A stretch of 64,000 bases of DNA, taken from an uncultured Gemmatimonadales bacterium (GTDB lineage: Bacteria > Gemmatimonadota > Gemmatimonadetes > Gemmatimonadales > Gemmatimonadaceae). The position numbers and the translations under genes are program-made. The stretch lies in contig CAWKMU010000003.1 in NCBI GenBank assembly GCA_963850905.1, positions 3,589,248 to 3,653,247 of the forward strand, read 5' to 3'. The notes beneath the pieces were generated by a model, which worked only from the letters and a program-made list of their open reading frames with translations, had not been told where the DNA came from and searched no databases. Shown here piece by piece: positions 41,863 through 51,928 of this stretch (position 1 is the first letter of the stretch; the number at the start of each line of letters is the position of its first letter).

Positions 41863-43810
41863 TCCGATACCGGTCGGCGTAGCGCTCATAGTTCTCGACC
41901 AGATCGCCCCAGAAATCAATGGCGAGCGCGCCGGTATGAATCCCGTCGCCGTCGCGTCGCACCGTGACCCACTTGTGCCATTCTGGTGGATCCATCGCGG
42001 GGTAATCGAGGCGCGCGAACTGTAACTGCTTCGAGCTGGCCTTGCGAGCCAGGCACGAATGAATCACGAGCTCCGCGTTGCTACGGATATTGAGCACTTC
42101 GTGCACCCGCCCGAGCTCGCGCGGGTTGCTTGCCGACAGGTGGCCCACCTCCGCTTGATCGAGCTCGTACAAGGCCTTGAGCCCCTCGTTGAGTAGGTCG
42201 TCGCTCTTCACGGCGCCGCAATAGTTTTGCATGATGCGCGTGACGGCGAGATTGGCCGATTGCCAACTCGGACCACGCTTCCGCCTGAGCGGCTCGTAGA
42301 GCCGCGTGCGCTCGGCATCTACCTGCCGAGCGTCGACGGTGACTGGCCCCGATCGGACGGCGTAGTCCGCCGCGTGGCGGCCTGCGTAGCGACCCGTCGC
42401 GGCCGCGTGACCGACACAATCCGAAGCGAAGAGCATGTCGCCGGCGGCGAAGAGCCCCGGCAGGTTGGTTTCCAGGTTCCAGTCGTTGACGGCACCACCC
42501 GGTATGCCGAAGAACTGCCGCTCTTGTGGCAGGAACTGTCCGGACCGCCATCCGTCGCCGTAACTCTGAAGCAGATGTCGGTTCGGATCGAAGCCTGCCG
42601 CCGTGTAATTGGCCATCACCGGTGTCTTCGTCTTTCCCTCGTGCCCGACCATCATCCCCCAGATGACGCGGCGCTCCATGTCGGGCATGCCGGGCAAGTC
42701 GGCAAAGAGCGGCAGCTTGTAGCCGCGCTTGAGCAACTCATCGACCGGTAGTGTTTCGGGCCCCTCGAACTCGTAAATGGGAAAGTCCGGTTCGCCGCCG
42801 CCCTTGAGAAAGAATTTCTGGCCGGGCGCGGGCCGATGGCGCTCGGCAACGGTCGTCAATGTGCGACCGTCGCGATCGACCCACGGGACTTCGCGGCCCT
42901 GCGCGTCCACCATGCTGCACGCATACCACGTATTGTGGTTGTTGCCGGTGCTGTACGGCGGAAAGCTGCGCAGCCCGCTCCATTCTGCACGCAACGACTT
43001 TTCCAGCATCGTGAACTCGAGGCCCACCCGCCATCCAATCGCGTGGCCATCGCCTGTGCACTCCGGCGGACGGAACTCCGAGATCCCGCTGGCCTCTGGC
43101 GCGAACAGCCACAACCGAGTCGGCCGCGAGGTGCACAGCACGGTCGCCTTGGCGCGGCAGACGACGAACTTGCCCGTGCGCACGTTCATGCCGACTGCGC
43201 CTACGACACGGCCTCCGACGCGGCCACCCTCGGTCAATAGTCCGGTCACCATCGTTCGATCGAGCAGCCGCACCCGATTCCGCTTCAAGCCCCGGTACAT
43301 CATCGGCTTGAACGTGTCCCCCCAGACCCGAATCGTGTAGCGGTTCTCGTAGTCGTACGCGAAGAGGAATTTGGTCGCCTCGTCGCGAAAGTCCGCGCCC
43401 CTGAACTCGTCGTCGGTATCTCGAATCTTGGCGCCCATCCGCTCCAGATCGAGCAGCCGGTCGTAGCATTGGCGGGTTTCGATGTAGTGAGAGATCCCGT
43501 TGTTGTATCCGCGGTGTCCCCGGATCATCGCGTCGGTCAACTCTTCGGGCGTGACTCGCGAGCAGGGGTTGGTGGCCGCCATCTCCCAGTGGTCGCACCC
43601 CGAACCCATCGCGCCGCTGGCAAAGGTCGAGGCCTTTTCGAGCAGCACCACGCGCGCCCCCCTGGCAACGGCCCCCAATGCGGCGAAACAGCCGGAGGCA
43701 CCGCCGCCGATCACGAGGACGTCGGTGTCAATCTCCTCGGTCTGATCCCATTGGATCGGGTAGGGCCACACGAGAGGGCCAGAACCGTCGTCCGTCGCAC
43801 TATTGAGCAT
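41855..43810 (-). CDS. AprA-like flavoprotein (APS reductase alpha / succinate dehydrogenase-fumarate reductase superfamily)
   Basis: DTDVLVIGGGASG, AKATVLCT, CTGDGHAIG, TNLPGLFAAGD, IMQNYCG, and C-terminal ARKAS..RLDYP. Paired with an AprB-like ferredoxin. Confidence 0.82.
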   Translation of the reverse strand: MLNSATDDGSGPLVWPYPIQWDQTEEIDTDVLVIGGGASGCFAALGAVARGARVVLLEKASTFASGAMGSGCDHWEMAATNPCSRVTPEELTDAMIRGHRGYNNGISHYIETRQCYDRLLDLERMGAKIRDTDDEFRGADFRDEATKFLFAYDYENRYTIRVWGDTFKPMMYRGLKRNRVRLLDRTMVTGLLTEGGRVGGRVVGAVGMNVRTGKFVVCRAKATVLCTSRPTRLWLFAPEASGISEFRPPECTGDGHAIGWRVGLEFTMLEKSLRAEWSGLRSFPPYSTGNNHNTWYACSMVDAQGREVPWVDRDGRTLTTVAERHRPAPGQKFFLKGGGEPDFPIYEFEGPETLPVDELLKRGYKLPLFADLPGMPDMERRVIWGMMVGHEGKTKTPVMANYTAAGFDPNRHLLQSYGDGWRSGQFLPQERQFFGIPGGAVNDWNLETNLPGLFAAGDMLFASDCVGHAAATGRYAGRHAADYAVRSGPVTVDARQVDAERTRLYEPLRRKRGPSWQSANLAVTRIMQNYCGAVKSDDLLNEGLKALYELDQAEVGHLSASNPRELGRVHEVLNIRSNAELVIHSCLARKASSKQLQFARLDYPAMDPPEWHKWVTVRRDGDGIHTGALAIDFWGDLVENYERYADRYRND

Positions 43811-44109
43811 TCGTACCATTTCCGTGAACCAGAGAGTCTGGGCGTTGAGCCGTCGCCAGAGAATTGTGTGCGCAAACGCGTGATAACGCGAGGCCCGGCA
43901 TGAGTTGGCGACCGGTCCCGCAAATTGCTGCGCCGCGCGCCCAGCATCGCGTCGTGCCGTCATCCGTTGCCCGCCAATGAGCCGGCCACGAACCGATGAC
44001 CTGTCCATACCCATAAGTCGCGAGGGTCTCGCTTGACAGCCTTAGCCCGCTCGCGTAACTACCCCGCCGAGTGAACGCGCGATAGCAGCCATAGCCCAGA
44101 CGTCTCATC

Positions 44110-45453
44110 GTGTTCTGGATTAGCAAGATCATTCATTGGGTCTCTCGGCTGCGGCGGCGCTGGGTGATCCTGCTCGCCGTGATTGGACCCGGCGTCATCA
44201 CAATGGTCGCCGATAACGACGCCGGCGGGATTTCCACGTACGCGCAGACCGGTGCGAGGACTGGGTTCAATCTGCTGTGGGCGTTCATCCTCCTCGTGCC
44301 GATGGCCTACTACATCCAGGAAATGACGGTCCGACTGGGAGCCGTCACGAAGCGGGGCCACGCCGAGGCGATCTTCGATGCCTTCGGTCCCGTGTGGGGC
44401 TGGTTCTCGGTCTTCGATCTCGTGCTGATCAATTGGCTGACGCTCGTGACCGAGTACATCGGCATGACCCAGGCGGCGCGGATCTTCGGCATTCCTGAGT
44501 GGCTCACGTTCCTCGGCGTCACTGCGCTGCTGATGGCGATCGTGATCACCGGGCGCTACTGGACGTTCGAGCGGATCACCCTGTTCTTCTGTGCGTTCAA
44601 CTTCGTCTACATCCCCGCCGCGTTTTGGGCGATGCACACCGGCAATGTGCACGGCGGCTGGCTGCAGGTGGGCCGCGGGTTCTTCGCGCCGAGCTTCAGC
44701 TTTGGGGCCGCGCTCGGCCCGGCGGCGGTGCTCACATTGATCATGGCCAACATCGGCACGACTATCACGCCCTGGCAGATCTTCTTCCAGCAGTCAGCGG
44801 TCGTCGACAAGGGCATGGACATCAAGGACATCAAGTACGGCAAGATCGATACGTTCGTGGGATCGCTCGTGACATGCATCGTCGCGGCATTCATCATCAT
44901 CGCAACCGCGGCGGCCTTCTACTACCACCCGTCGGGCCAGATCCTGGTCGAATCCGCGGCGGAAACCGCGGCGAAGATGCCGGAGGTCCTACCGAATCGC
45001 ACACTGGGTGAGTCCGCGAGAGTGTTGTTCGCGATCGGATTGTTCGACGCCGGCCTCCTGGGAGCGCTCTGCATCTCGCTCGCCACGAGTTGGGCACTCG
45101 GTGAAGTCTTCGGGTGGGCGCACTCGCTCAACAAGAGCGTGCGCGAGGCCCCGTGGTTCTACGTGGCGTACCTGGCTATGCTCCTCTCATCCGGCGTCGT
45201 CTCTCTCATCGCGAGCACCCGGGTCCAGGACGCGATTACCATCTTCGTTCAGGTCGTCGCCGTGACGCTGTTGCCTGCCGCACTGGTTTTTCTCATCCTG
45301 TTGCTGAACGACAAGCCGCTGATGGGTGATCAGGTCAATACGCGCAGCCAGAACATCGCCAACTGGTCGATCACGGTGTTCGTCATCATCGTCTCGACGG
45401 CGTTCGGACTCTCCGTCCTGTTCCCGCACCTCTTCGGATCGGGAGGGACGTAA
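44110..45453 (+). CDS. NRAMP-related divalent cation (probably Mg2+) transporter
   Basis: GPGVITMVADNDAGGISTY, QEMTVRLG, and GTTITPWQIFFQQSAVVDKG. Adjacent to an MgtE-N/CBS gene. Confidence 0.88.
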   Translation: MFWISKIIHWVSRLRRRWVILLAVIGPGVITMVADNDAGGISTYAQTGARTGFNLLWAFILLVPMAYYIQEMTVRLGAVTKRGHAEAIFDAFGPVWGWFSVFDLVLINWLTLVTEYIGMTQAARIFGIPEWLTFLGVTALLMAIVITGRYWTFERITLFFCAFNFVYIPAAFWAMHTGNVHGGWLQVGRGFFAPSFSFGAALGPAAVLTLIMANIGTTITPWQIFFQQSAVVDKGMDIKDIKYGKIDTFVGSLVTCIVAAFIIIATAAAFYYHPSGQILVESAAETAAKMPEVLPNRTLGESARVLFAIGLFDAGLLGALCISLATSWALGEVFGWAHSLNKSVREAPWFYVAYLAMLLSSGVVSLIASTRVQDAITIFVQVVAVTLLPAALVFLILLLNDKPLMGDQVNTRSQNIANWSITVFVIIVSTAFGLSVLFPHLFGSGGT

Positions 45454-45456
45454 GCG

Positions 45457-46719
45457 ATGGCCGTCACACCCGTTCCGCCGCCGCCGGCGCAGGCGGGCGC
45501 CAACCATCGCTTCGTCTTCTTCTCCGAGCTACTCGACCGCCGCGTCTCTATGACGCGCGCCGAGCTGAGGATCGGCAAGTTGACCGATCTCGTGTTCCGT
45601 CTCGCTGAGCCCTTTCCCGAGGCGGTGGGCATCTTCATCAGCCACGGCTGGGGCAATCCCAGTGAGTTCGTGCCCTGGGAGCGAGTGATCCGCACGGACG
45701 CAAACGCCGTCATCGTGATGCCGCCCGACGGCAGCGATCGGTACCCGCCGTTTGTCGACCAGCCGGGGTGGATTCTCGTCAACGAACATCTGATCGGCCG
45801 GACGATCCTCGACCTGGACGGCCGGCGCGTGGAGGTGGTGAACGACGTACACCTCCTACAAGACCCGAAACGATTGATCCTCGTGCATGTCGACGTCTCG
45901 TTCAACGGGTTTCTGCGCAAATGGGGGCTCGGCTTCGTGCGGTTCGGAAAGGACCGTCTCATCTCGTGGAAATACGTACAACCGCTCTCGATCGAAGATG
46001 TCACCACGTCCGACAAGGTGTCCCTGTCGCTCACCCGGACGCAGATCCACGAGTTGCCGAGCGAAGATCTGGCGGACGTGCTAGAGGAACTTCCCGGCCC
46101 CGAGCAGGAAGCCATCTTCTCCGCCCTCGAGCCGGACAAGGCGGCGGAGACCCTGCTCGAGACTGAGCCACGCGCGCAGCGCCAGATCGTGGCCGATCTC
46201 GCACCGGACCGGGCGAAATCGATCCTGTCGGAGATGACGATGGCCGAGGTCGCGGACCTGCTCTCGGCCCTTCCCTGGGACGACCGCATCGACCTGCTGT
46301 CGCTCCTGCCGGCGGAGCAAGCGGAGCGCGTGCGGCTCATCCTTGGAACGAGCGAAGCGAAGGCCTCCTCGCTCACCTCGCAGCGGTACGTGACGATGCC
46401 CGGCCAGACGACGGCGGCCGTCGCGCTCGCTCGCCTGCGTGACAGCGCGCTCGACCATCGCGCGGTGACATACATCTATGTCGTGACCGAACCGGAGGGC
46501 CTGTTGTTGGGGATTGTGGACTTGCGGGAGCTGGTGCTCGCGAAGGAGGGCATGACGCTGGAAGAGCTGATGGTGGCACCTGCGGTCGCGGCAGGTGCCG
46601 ACATGGTGGAGCAGGAGGTCGTGGATCTGTTCGCGAAATACCACTTCCAGCTGTTGCCAGTGGTCGACGCCGGTGACCGCATCATCGGCGTCATTCGGTA
46701 CAAGGACATCATGCGATGA
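45457..46719 (+). CDS. Cytoplasmic MgtE-like protein (PRC-barrel + MgtE N-domain + CBS pair, no TM domain)
   Basis: ILDLDGRRVEVVNDV, EDLADVLEEL, YIYVV..LLGIV.LREL, and FAKYHFQLLPVVD. Confidence 0.85.
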   Translation: MAVTPVPPPPAQAGANHRFVFFSELLDRRVSMTRAELRIGKLTDLVFRLAEPFPEAVGIFISHGWGNPSEFVPWERVIRTDANAVIVMPPDGSDRYPPFVDQPGWILVNEHLIGRTILDLDGRRVEVVNDVHLLQDPKRLILVHVDVSFNGFLRKWGLGFVRFGKDRLISWKYVQPLSIEDVTTSDKVSLSLTRTQIHELPSEDLADVLEELPGPEQEAIFSALEPDKAAETLLETEPRAQRQIVADLAPDRAKSILSEMTMAEVADLLSALPWDDRIDLLSLLPAEQAERVRLILGTSEAKASSLTSQRYVTMPGQTTAAVALARLRDSALDHRAVTYIYVVTEPEGLLLGIVDLRELVLAKEGMTLEELMVAPAVAAGADMVEQEVVDLFAKYHFQLLPVVDAGDRIIGVIRYKDIMR

Positions 46720-46740
46720 CACGCGGGGAGAGGCAGGCTC

Positions 46741-46875
46741 GTGACGCACGCGGGGGACGGCATGCCGCGGATTGAGATGACGCGCGGTGTGCGCATCGCG
46801 CTGCTCGTGTTGCGCGTCTATCTCATCGGCATGCTAGTGCTGATCCTGCTCAAGTTCTTGCGGATTTTTGGCTGA
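46741..46875 (+). CDS. 44-aa single-TM membrane protein (below ORF-track cutoff)
   Basis: GTG..TGA reads MTHAGDGMPRIEMTRGVRIALLVLRVYLIGMLVLILLKFLRIFG. GGAGAGG upstream. Third gene of the NRAMP/MgtE-N unit. Confidence 0.7.
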   Translation: MTHAGDGMPRIEMTRGVRIALLVLRVYLIGMLVLILLKFLRIFG

Positions 46876-46999
46876 TCCGCCTCGAAGCGTGTGATATCGG
46901 TTGAGTCTGCGCCAGCCTTGACGAATTGCCGCAGGTGCCGCTTCGTGATCTCAATGTGCGAGGCGATGAACCACGGCTGCGCCCGACTCGGGATGGGCG

Positions 47000-48634
47000 A
47001 TGACTGACCACGGGCCAGAAGCAGCGGACTCGCCTCGACCGGAGAATGCACGCGACGCCGGGTCCGCTTGGGCTCCATTTCGATACGCGGCGTTCACGGT
47101 CCTGTGGACAGCGTCCGTCGTCGCCAGCATTGGGACGTGGATGTACACAGCGGCCTGCGCCTGGCTCATGACGAGCCTGAGCCCGGATCCGCTGCTCGTC
47201 GCACTCGTGCAGGTCGCCAATGCCCTTCCGATGTTTCTGTTCGCGATTCCAGCGGGTGCATTGACAGACATCGTCGATCGACGCCGGTTGCTCGTCGTCG
47301 CGGAGAGCACCACCACGGTCCTCTCCGCCATCTTCGCCGTGCTCGTCGGGCTGGGTCTCGTGACGCCCTCGGTGCTGCTGCTGTTCGTGTTCCTGATCGG
47401 AGCAGGCTCCGCGCTGGACGCTCCGGCGTGGCAGGCAATCGTTCCGCAGCTCGTGCCGAAAAAAGAGCTGGCGCCCGCCATTGCGGCGAACGGCGTTGGC
47501 GTAAACGTGAGTCGCGCCATTGGCCCGGCGCTCGGTGGCGCGCTCACGGCAATCAGCGGTGTGGTGGTTCCCCTCTGGATCAACGCCATCAGCAACCTCG
47601 CGACCGTCGGAGGGCTCCTCTGGTGGCAACCGCCGCGCAAGGCGCGGAGTCAGATTCCGCCCGAGCGATTCTGGAGAGCCATTCGGACGGGCTGGCGCTA
47701 CGGCATCAACAGCCGCTCCTTGCGAGCGACCGCCCTCCGGACCGCCGCGTTTCTTGTCTTTGCCAGCGCGTACTGGGCTCTCTTGCCGCTGGTTGCGCGT
47801 CAGCAGATCGCTGGCGGGCCCGGGGCCTACGGCGTACTTCTGGGCTGCATCGGCCTGGGCGCGATCATCGGCGCGGGCGCGCTTGCGCGAGTTCGGGCAA
47901 GGCTGGGGCCGGATCGTGTCATGGCCGCCGCGACGGTCGGGACCGTGCTCGCGCTGGTGATGTTCGGGCTGGCGCACGACCTCGCCACAGCGCTGGTCGC
48001 GAGTCTCGTCGCGGGCCTGTCATGGGTCGCAGCCCTGGCCACGCTCAACGTCTCGGCACAGCTGGCGCTCCCCGATTGGGTTCGCGGCCGCGGACTCGCG
48101 CTCTACGTCACGGTGCTATTCGGCTCAATGTCGCTCGGCAGCGCGCTCTGGGGCCAGGTGGCCGCCATCCTGGGACTTCCCGCGGCGCACTTCCTCGCCG
48201 CTGTCGGCGCACTCGCGGCAATACCGATGACGTGGCGGTGCAAACTCCAGATCGGCGCTGAGGTAGATCTCACACCCGCTCTCAGTTGGCCGGCGCCTGT
48301 CACGACGCGGCAGGTGGGCGAGGACCGGGGGCCTGTGCTTGTGACCATCGAGTACCGCATCGACCCCCGCGATCGTGAGGCGTTTCTGGAGGCCGTCGAA
48401 CGACTATCGCAGGAACGCCGCCGCAATGGTGCCTACGAGTGGGCGATCTTCGAGGATGCCGCCGACGACGGGCGATTTCTCGAGACCTTCCTCGTCGAGT
48501 CGTGGCTCGATCACCTACGCCAGCACGAGCGCGCGACGGCCGCTGACCAACTAGTACAAGCGGAGGTGGAGCGGTTCAATACTGAAGGCGTCCCGACGGT
48601 CACACACCTCATCGCGGCGGAGCGGAGGCTGTGA
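47000..48634 (+). CDS. MFS transporter (MFS_3 / transmembrane secretion effector type) with C-terminal soluble domain
   Basis: GALTDIVDRRRL, PAWQAIVP, LPDWVRGRG, and GPVLVTIEYRID..SWLDHLRQHER. Confidence 0.9.
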   Translation: MTDHGPEAADSPRPENARDAGSAWAPFRYAAFTVLWTASVVASIGTWMYTAACAWLMTSLSPDPLLVALVQVANALPMFLFAIPAGALTDIVDRRRLLVVAESTTTVLSAIFAVLVGLGLVTPSVLLLFVFLIGAGSALDAPAWQAIVPQLVPKKELAPAIAANGVGVNVSRAIGPALGGALTAISGVVVPLWINAISNLATVGGLLWWQPPRKARSQIPPERFWRAIRTGWRYGINSRSLRATALRTAAFLVFASAYWALLPLVARQQIAGGPGAYGVLLGCIGLGAIIGAGALARVRARLGPDRVMAAATVGTVLALVMFGLAHDLATALVASLVAGLSWVAALATLNVSAQLALPDWVRGRGLALYVTVLFGSMSLGSALWGQVAAILGLPAAHFLAAVGALAAIPMTWRCKLQIGAEVDLTPALSWPAPVTTRQVGEDRGPVLVTIEYRIDPRDREAFLEAVERLSQERRRNGAYEWAIFEDAADDGRFLETFLVESWLDHLRQHERATAADQLVQAEVERFNTEGVPTVTHLIAAERRL

Positions 48635-48707
48635 CGCTTTGTTTAGCGATTGTGCCACTGGCGTTTGTGCGGTTCCCCTCGTGTTCACGATCCCGTGAGG
48701 CTCCTCC

Positions 48708-49619
48708 ATGATCTATCGCACACTGGGCAAGACCGGCGAACGAGTGTCGGCGATTGGATTGGGCGGTCATCACATCGGCCGGCCACCGGATCAGAACGAG
48801 GGAGTTCGGATCATTCGGGCGGCCGTCGACCGCGGAATCACGTTCATGGACAACAGCTGGGATTATCACGAAGGAGAAAGCGAGCGGCGGATGGGACGGG
48901 CGCTCCGCGACGGGTATCGCCAGCGGGTGTTCCTGATGACCAAGTTCGACGGGCGCACGAAGCTGGCGACGGCTGACCAGATCGATGAGTCGCTGCGGCG
49001 GCTCCAAACGGACCGCATTGACTTGATCCAATTCCATGAGAACATCCGCATGGAGGACCCGGACCGCTTTTTCGCGCCCCAAGGATCTCTCGAGGCCGTA
49101 CTCGAAGCCAAGCAGGCCGGCAAGATCCGATATATCGGCTTCACCGGGCACAAGGACCCGGTGGTTCATTTGCGAATGCTGGAAGTCGCGGCCGCACACA
49201 CCTTTTCGTTTGATGCATGTCAGCTACCGCTCAACGTCATGGATGCGCACTTTCGCAGCTTCACTCAACAGGTGCTCCCGAGGTTGTTGGCGCAGCAGAT
49301 TGCGGTCCTCGGGATGAAACCGCTGGGCGACGGACATGTCTTGCGATCCAACACGCTCGGCGCCACCGAATGTCTCCACTACGCGCTCAACCTGCCGGCG
49401 TCGGTCATCATCACTGGCTGTGAGAGCATGCAGCGCCTCGACCAGGCGATCGAGGCGGTGGAGACGTTTGCCCCCATGAGCCAAGCCGACGTTGCGGCAC
49501 TTCTCGCTCGCACGCGCGACGCGGCCGCAACCGGAGAGTACGAACCGTTCAAGACGACCGAGATGTTCGACGGCACGGCCCACACCCCCGCGTGGATGGG
49601 GGAAGGTAGGATGATCTAA
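48708..49619 (+). CDS. Aldo/keto reductase
   Basis: YRTLGKTGERVSAIGLGG, DNSWDY, FLMTK, SLRRLQTDRIDL, GKIRYIGFTGH and GMKP. Confidence 0.92.
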   Translation: MIYRTLGKTGERVSAIGLGGHHIGRPPDQNEGVRIIRAAVDRGITFMDNSWDYHEGESERRMGRALRDGYRQRVFLMTKFDGRTKLATADQIDESLRRLQTDRIDLIQFHENIRMEDPDRFFAPQGSLEAVLEAKQAGKIRYIGFTGHKDPVVHLRMLEVAAAHTFSFDACQLPLNVMDAHFRSFTQQVLPRLLAQQIAVLGMKPLGDGHVLRSNTLGATECLHYALNLPASVIITGCESMQRLDQAIEAVETFAPMSQADVAALLARTRDAAATGEYEPFKTTEMFDGTAHTPAWMGEGRMI

Positions 49620-49644
49620 GTCGTCCGCGATTGTTATCGGGCGG

Positions 49645-50310
49645 TCACCACTCAGCGCCTAACACGAGTGGAACGAAGTTCGTATCGCCGTGATGTCCGT
49701 ACAGCGTGTTGTAGCGCGCCTCGAGGAAGAGGCGGACGGGCTTCACCCGGTAGCGCAGCCCGCCGCCCGCATCGACACCCCCCGTGAACTGCGTCCGGGT
49801 CCGCACCGGAACGTCCTCCCCATATGGACCGCAGAACCCGACGAACGCGCTACAGTAGGTGCTGGCGCCGTAGTTATCGAGCTGGACGTTGCGCCAATAC
49901 GCGCCGCCGCCAAAGACAAGGTACGGCGTCAGGGCACCGAAGTAGTCCCGCTTGTTGAGCACGAGGTTGAGCGTGCCGGACGTGATGCTGGCACCGCCCC
50001 CGGTTGCCCCGTAATCAGTCGCAGTTGCGCCGTTCACTCCGTGCGCCGCATACGAGAAATCACCTTGCAACCAGATGCCACCGTGCGAGCTGAGTGGTCG
50101 TGCGAGGTTGGCCCCGATGACCCAGCCGGGTTCGAACCGCTCACCGAACTGACCGGTCGGAAACGAGGCCCCCACATCAATGCCCGCGTGGAACGGCCGC
50201 TGCCAAAAAACCCCGTAGCCACCAGGGCCGCCGCCCTGGGCCTCCAAACCCGGCGCGCCGACGACGGCAGTGATCAGAGCAACGCTAGCCACACGCCAAA
50301 GCAGAGTCAC
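49645..50310 (-). CDS. Outer membrane beta-barrel protein (OmpA/OmpW-like)
   Basis: Signal peptide LEA-Q, TPYLVFGGGAY, LFLEARY, and terminal aromatic W. Confidence 0.75.
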   Translation of the reverse strand: MTLLWRVASVALITAVVGAPGLEAQGGGPGGYGVFWQRPFHAGIDVGASFPTGQFGERFEPGWVIGANLARPLSSHGGIWLQGDFSYAAHGVNGATATDYGATGGGASITSGTLNLVLNKRDYFGALTPYLVFGGGAYWRNVQLDNYGASTYCSAFVGFCGPYGEDVPVRTRTQFTGGVDAGGGLRYRVKPVRLFLEARYNTLYGHHGDTNFVPLVLGAEW

Positions 50311-50430
50311 GGGCCCCCTCCAAGAGTCGGATGCGCACAGCTCGCTACACAGATACGCGAATGGTAGCGCATCGTTGCGCTTCGGAGGAAGGCATAGCCC
50401 ATCGCCAAGCGTGCACGATGAGATGCCCGT

Positions 50431-51327
50431 TCATCTGGGCGCGCGCGGCTCCGCTATGAGCGCCAGATAGGCGCCGGATACGTCCCGATCGCCCAAACCG
50501 GCTTGCAGGGCGCTCTCCCATTGCGTTGCAATCGATTGCGCCATCGGAAGCCGTTGGTGCGCGCGGTTCGCGGCATCGAGGGCCAGGTGCAGGTCCTTGG
50601 ATGCTAGAGCGAGTGAAAAGTCAGGAGCGAAGCCTTCGTGCTCGATCTTGTCTAACTTGGAGAGCGCCCAAGGCGCATCGAGCGCAGTGGACCCTAGGCA
50701 CGCCGAAAGATCGTCGAGCGAAACGCCCAGCGACTGCGCGAGCACTGCCGCCTCGGCAATGCCTTCACCAAGCACGGCGAGCCAAGTATTGAGAACGAGC
50801 TTCATCCGCGAGCCGCTGCCCGCGCGCTCCCATCGCATCGTCTTCTGGCCAAGCACCGAGAACACCGGCATCAGCGCGTCGAGCGCCGCGGCAGGGCCAG
50901 ACGCCAGAATCAGCAGCTTCCCTTCTTCCGCGGGGGCCTTTGACCCTGATACCGGTGCATCGACAAAGACGACATCAGGCCGATGCGCCTGAGCGAGCGC
51001 CACGGCACGCTCGGTTCCGTCGACGCCGATCGTGCTCATCTGCAACCAGATAGCGCCGCGCGGCACCACCGCCAGCGCTCGCGGCATCGTTTCCTCGATC
51101 GACGCGATCGTAGGGACCATCGTGAGCACGACACCCGCCTCGCGGACGGCCTCCTCTGGCGTCGCGGCGACCTGAGCGCCGAACGTTGCGAGCCGCGCAG
51201 CCGCAGGAGGGGAAACATCCCATACGCTCACGCGCATTCCCGCGCCGAGGAGTCTCTGTGCGAACGCCGACCCCATCGTGCCGACGCCGAGGACCGCAAT
51301 ATTTTGAGTGGATTGCACGGCCGTCAC
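50431..51327 (-). CDS. NAD(P)-dependent beta-hydroxyacid dehydrogenase family (3-hydroxyisobutyrate/6-PGDH-like)
   Basis: GVGTMG, QMSTIG, FVDAPVSGSK, MKLVLN, and FSLALASKDL. Confidence 0.9.
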   Translation of the reverse strand: MTAVQSTQNIAVLGVGTMGSAFAQRLLGAGMRVSVWDVSPPAAARLATFGAQVAATPEEAVREAGVVLTMVPTIASIEETMPRALAVVPRGAIWLQMSTIGVDGTERAVALAQAHRPDVVFVDAPVSGSKAPAEEGKLLILASGPAAALDALMPVFSVLGQKTMRWERAGSGSRMKLVLNTWLAVLGEGIAEAAVLAQSLGVSLDDLSACLGSTALDAPWALSKLDKIEHEGFAPDFSLALASKDLHLALDAANRAHQRLPMAQSIATQWESALQAGLGDRDVSGAYLALIAEPRAPR

Positions 51328-51480
51328 ATCCTTTCAGGGGACGATGCGGCGCTCCCGTGAGCGTACCGCGAATGGCAAGACCGCGTTACGGTGGTCGCGC
51401 CATCTACGCGCCCGACCCGTAACATTGGGAGCAGCCCGCTGCCGACCCCCAACGGATCGGCAGCGGTGCCTTGTTGTTGC

Positions 51481-51612
51481 CTACTTATGCTCCGCCTTCG
51501 AGTGATTGCACGTGCATCGTTCTGGGTCACCCGAGCTCGCTCGAAAACTCTGGCAGCCACACTTGGTGCATCCCCCGCTGCCGGCATCATCATGGCTTGA
51601 ATTGTTCTGCAT
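51481..51612 (-). CDS. 43-aa Cys/His-rich microprotein, putative Zn-binding
   Basis: GAGGAGGAG RBS before ATG 51612. Reads MQNNSSHDDAGSGGCTKCGCQSFRASSGDPERCTCNHSKAEHK. Confidence 0.6.
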   Translation of the reverse strand: MQNNSSHDDAGSGGCTKCGCQSFRASSGDPERCTCNHSKAEHK

Positions 51613-51928
51613 GCGCTCCTCCTCGGCCCGTTGTAGGCCAACCTGATGTGGTGAGCATGCCACGCAACAGCCGGACCGCCTCCGCCGTAGGGAACGGGGT
51701 TGAGCCCATCGTCGGGTACCGCAACGAAGGACGGTGCCTCGAGACTCCCGTCGCCAGCTGCGTCGCCGTACCGCTGATGACAACGGCTAGCTGAGGTCGC
51801 CTTCGCCGGGGTTCAACCAATGGGCACCCCATTACATCGGCGCACGCCCCGTTACGATTATCTCGGCGACTGCTCACGTATATCGAGACCGACATGTCGA
51901 GTTTCTGCGAGACGAGAATGGGAGGTGC

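Noticed and set aside
41527..43810. Evidence of dissimilatory sulfate reduction or sulfur oxidation (aprAB)
   Set aside because: Sequence is divergent from true AprA, the AprB C-terminal tail is missing, and there is no sat, qmo, aprM or dsr nearby.
43860..44110. M-box (ykoK) or yybP-ykoY riboswitch before the NRAMP-like gene
   Set aside because: Consensus elements were not recognisable, and a TTGACA at 44033 leaves too short a leader. An Infernal/Rfam scan would be decisive.
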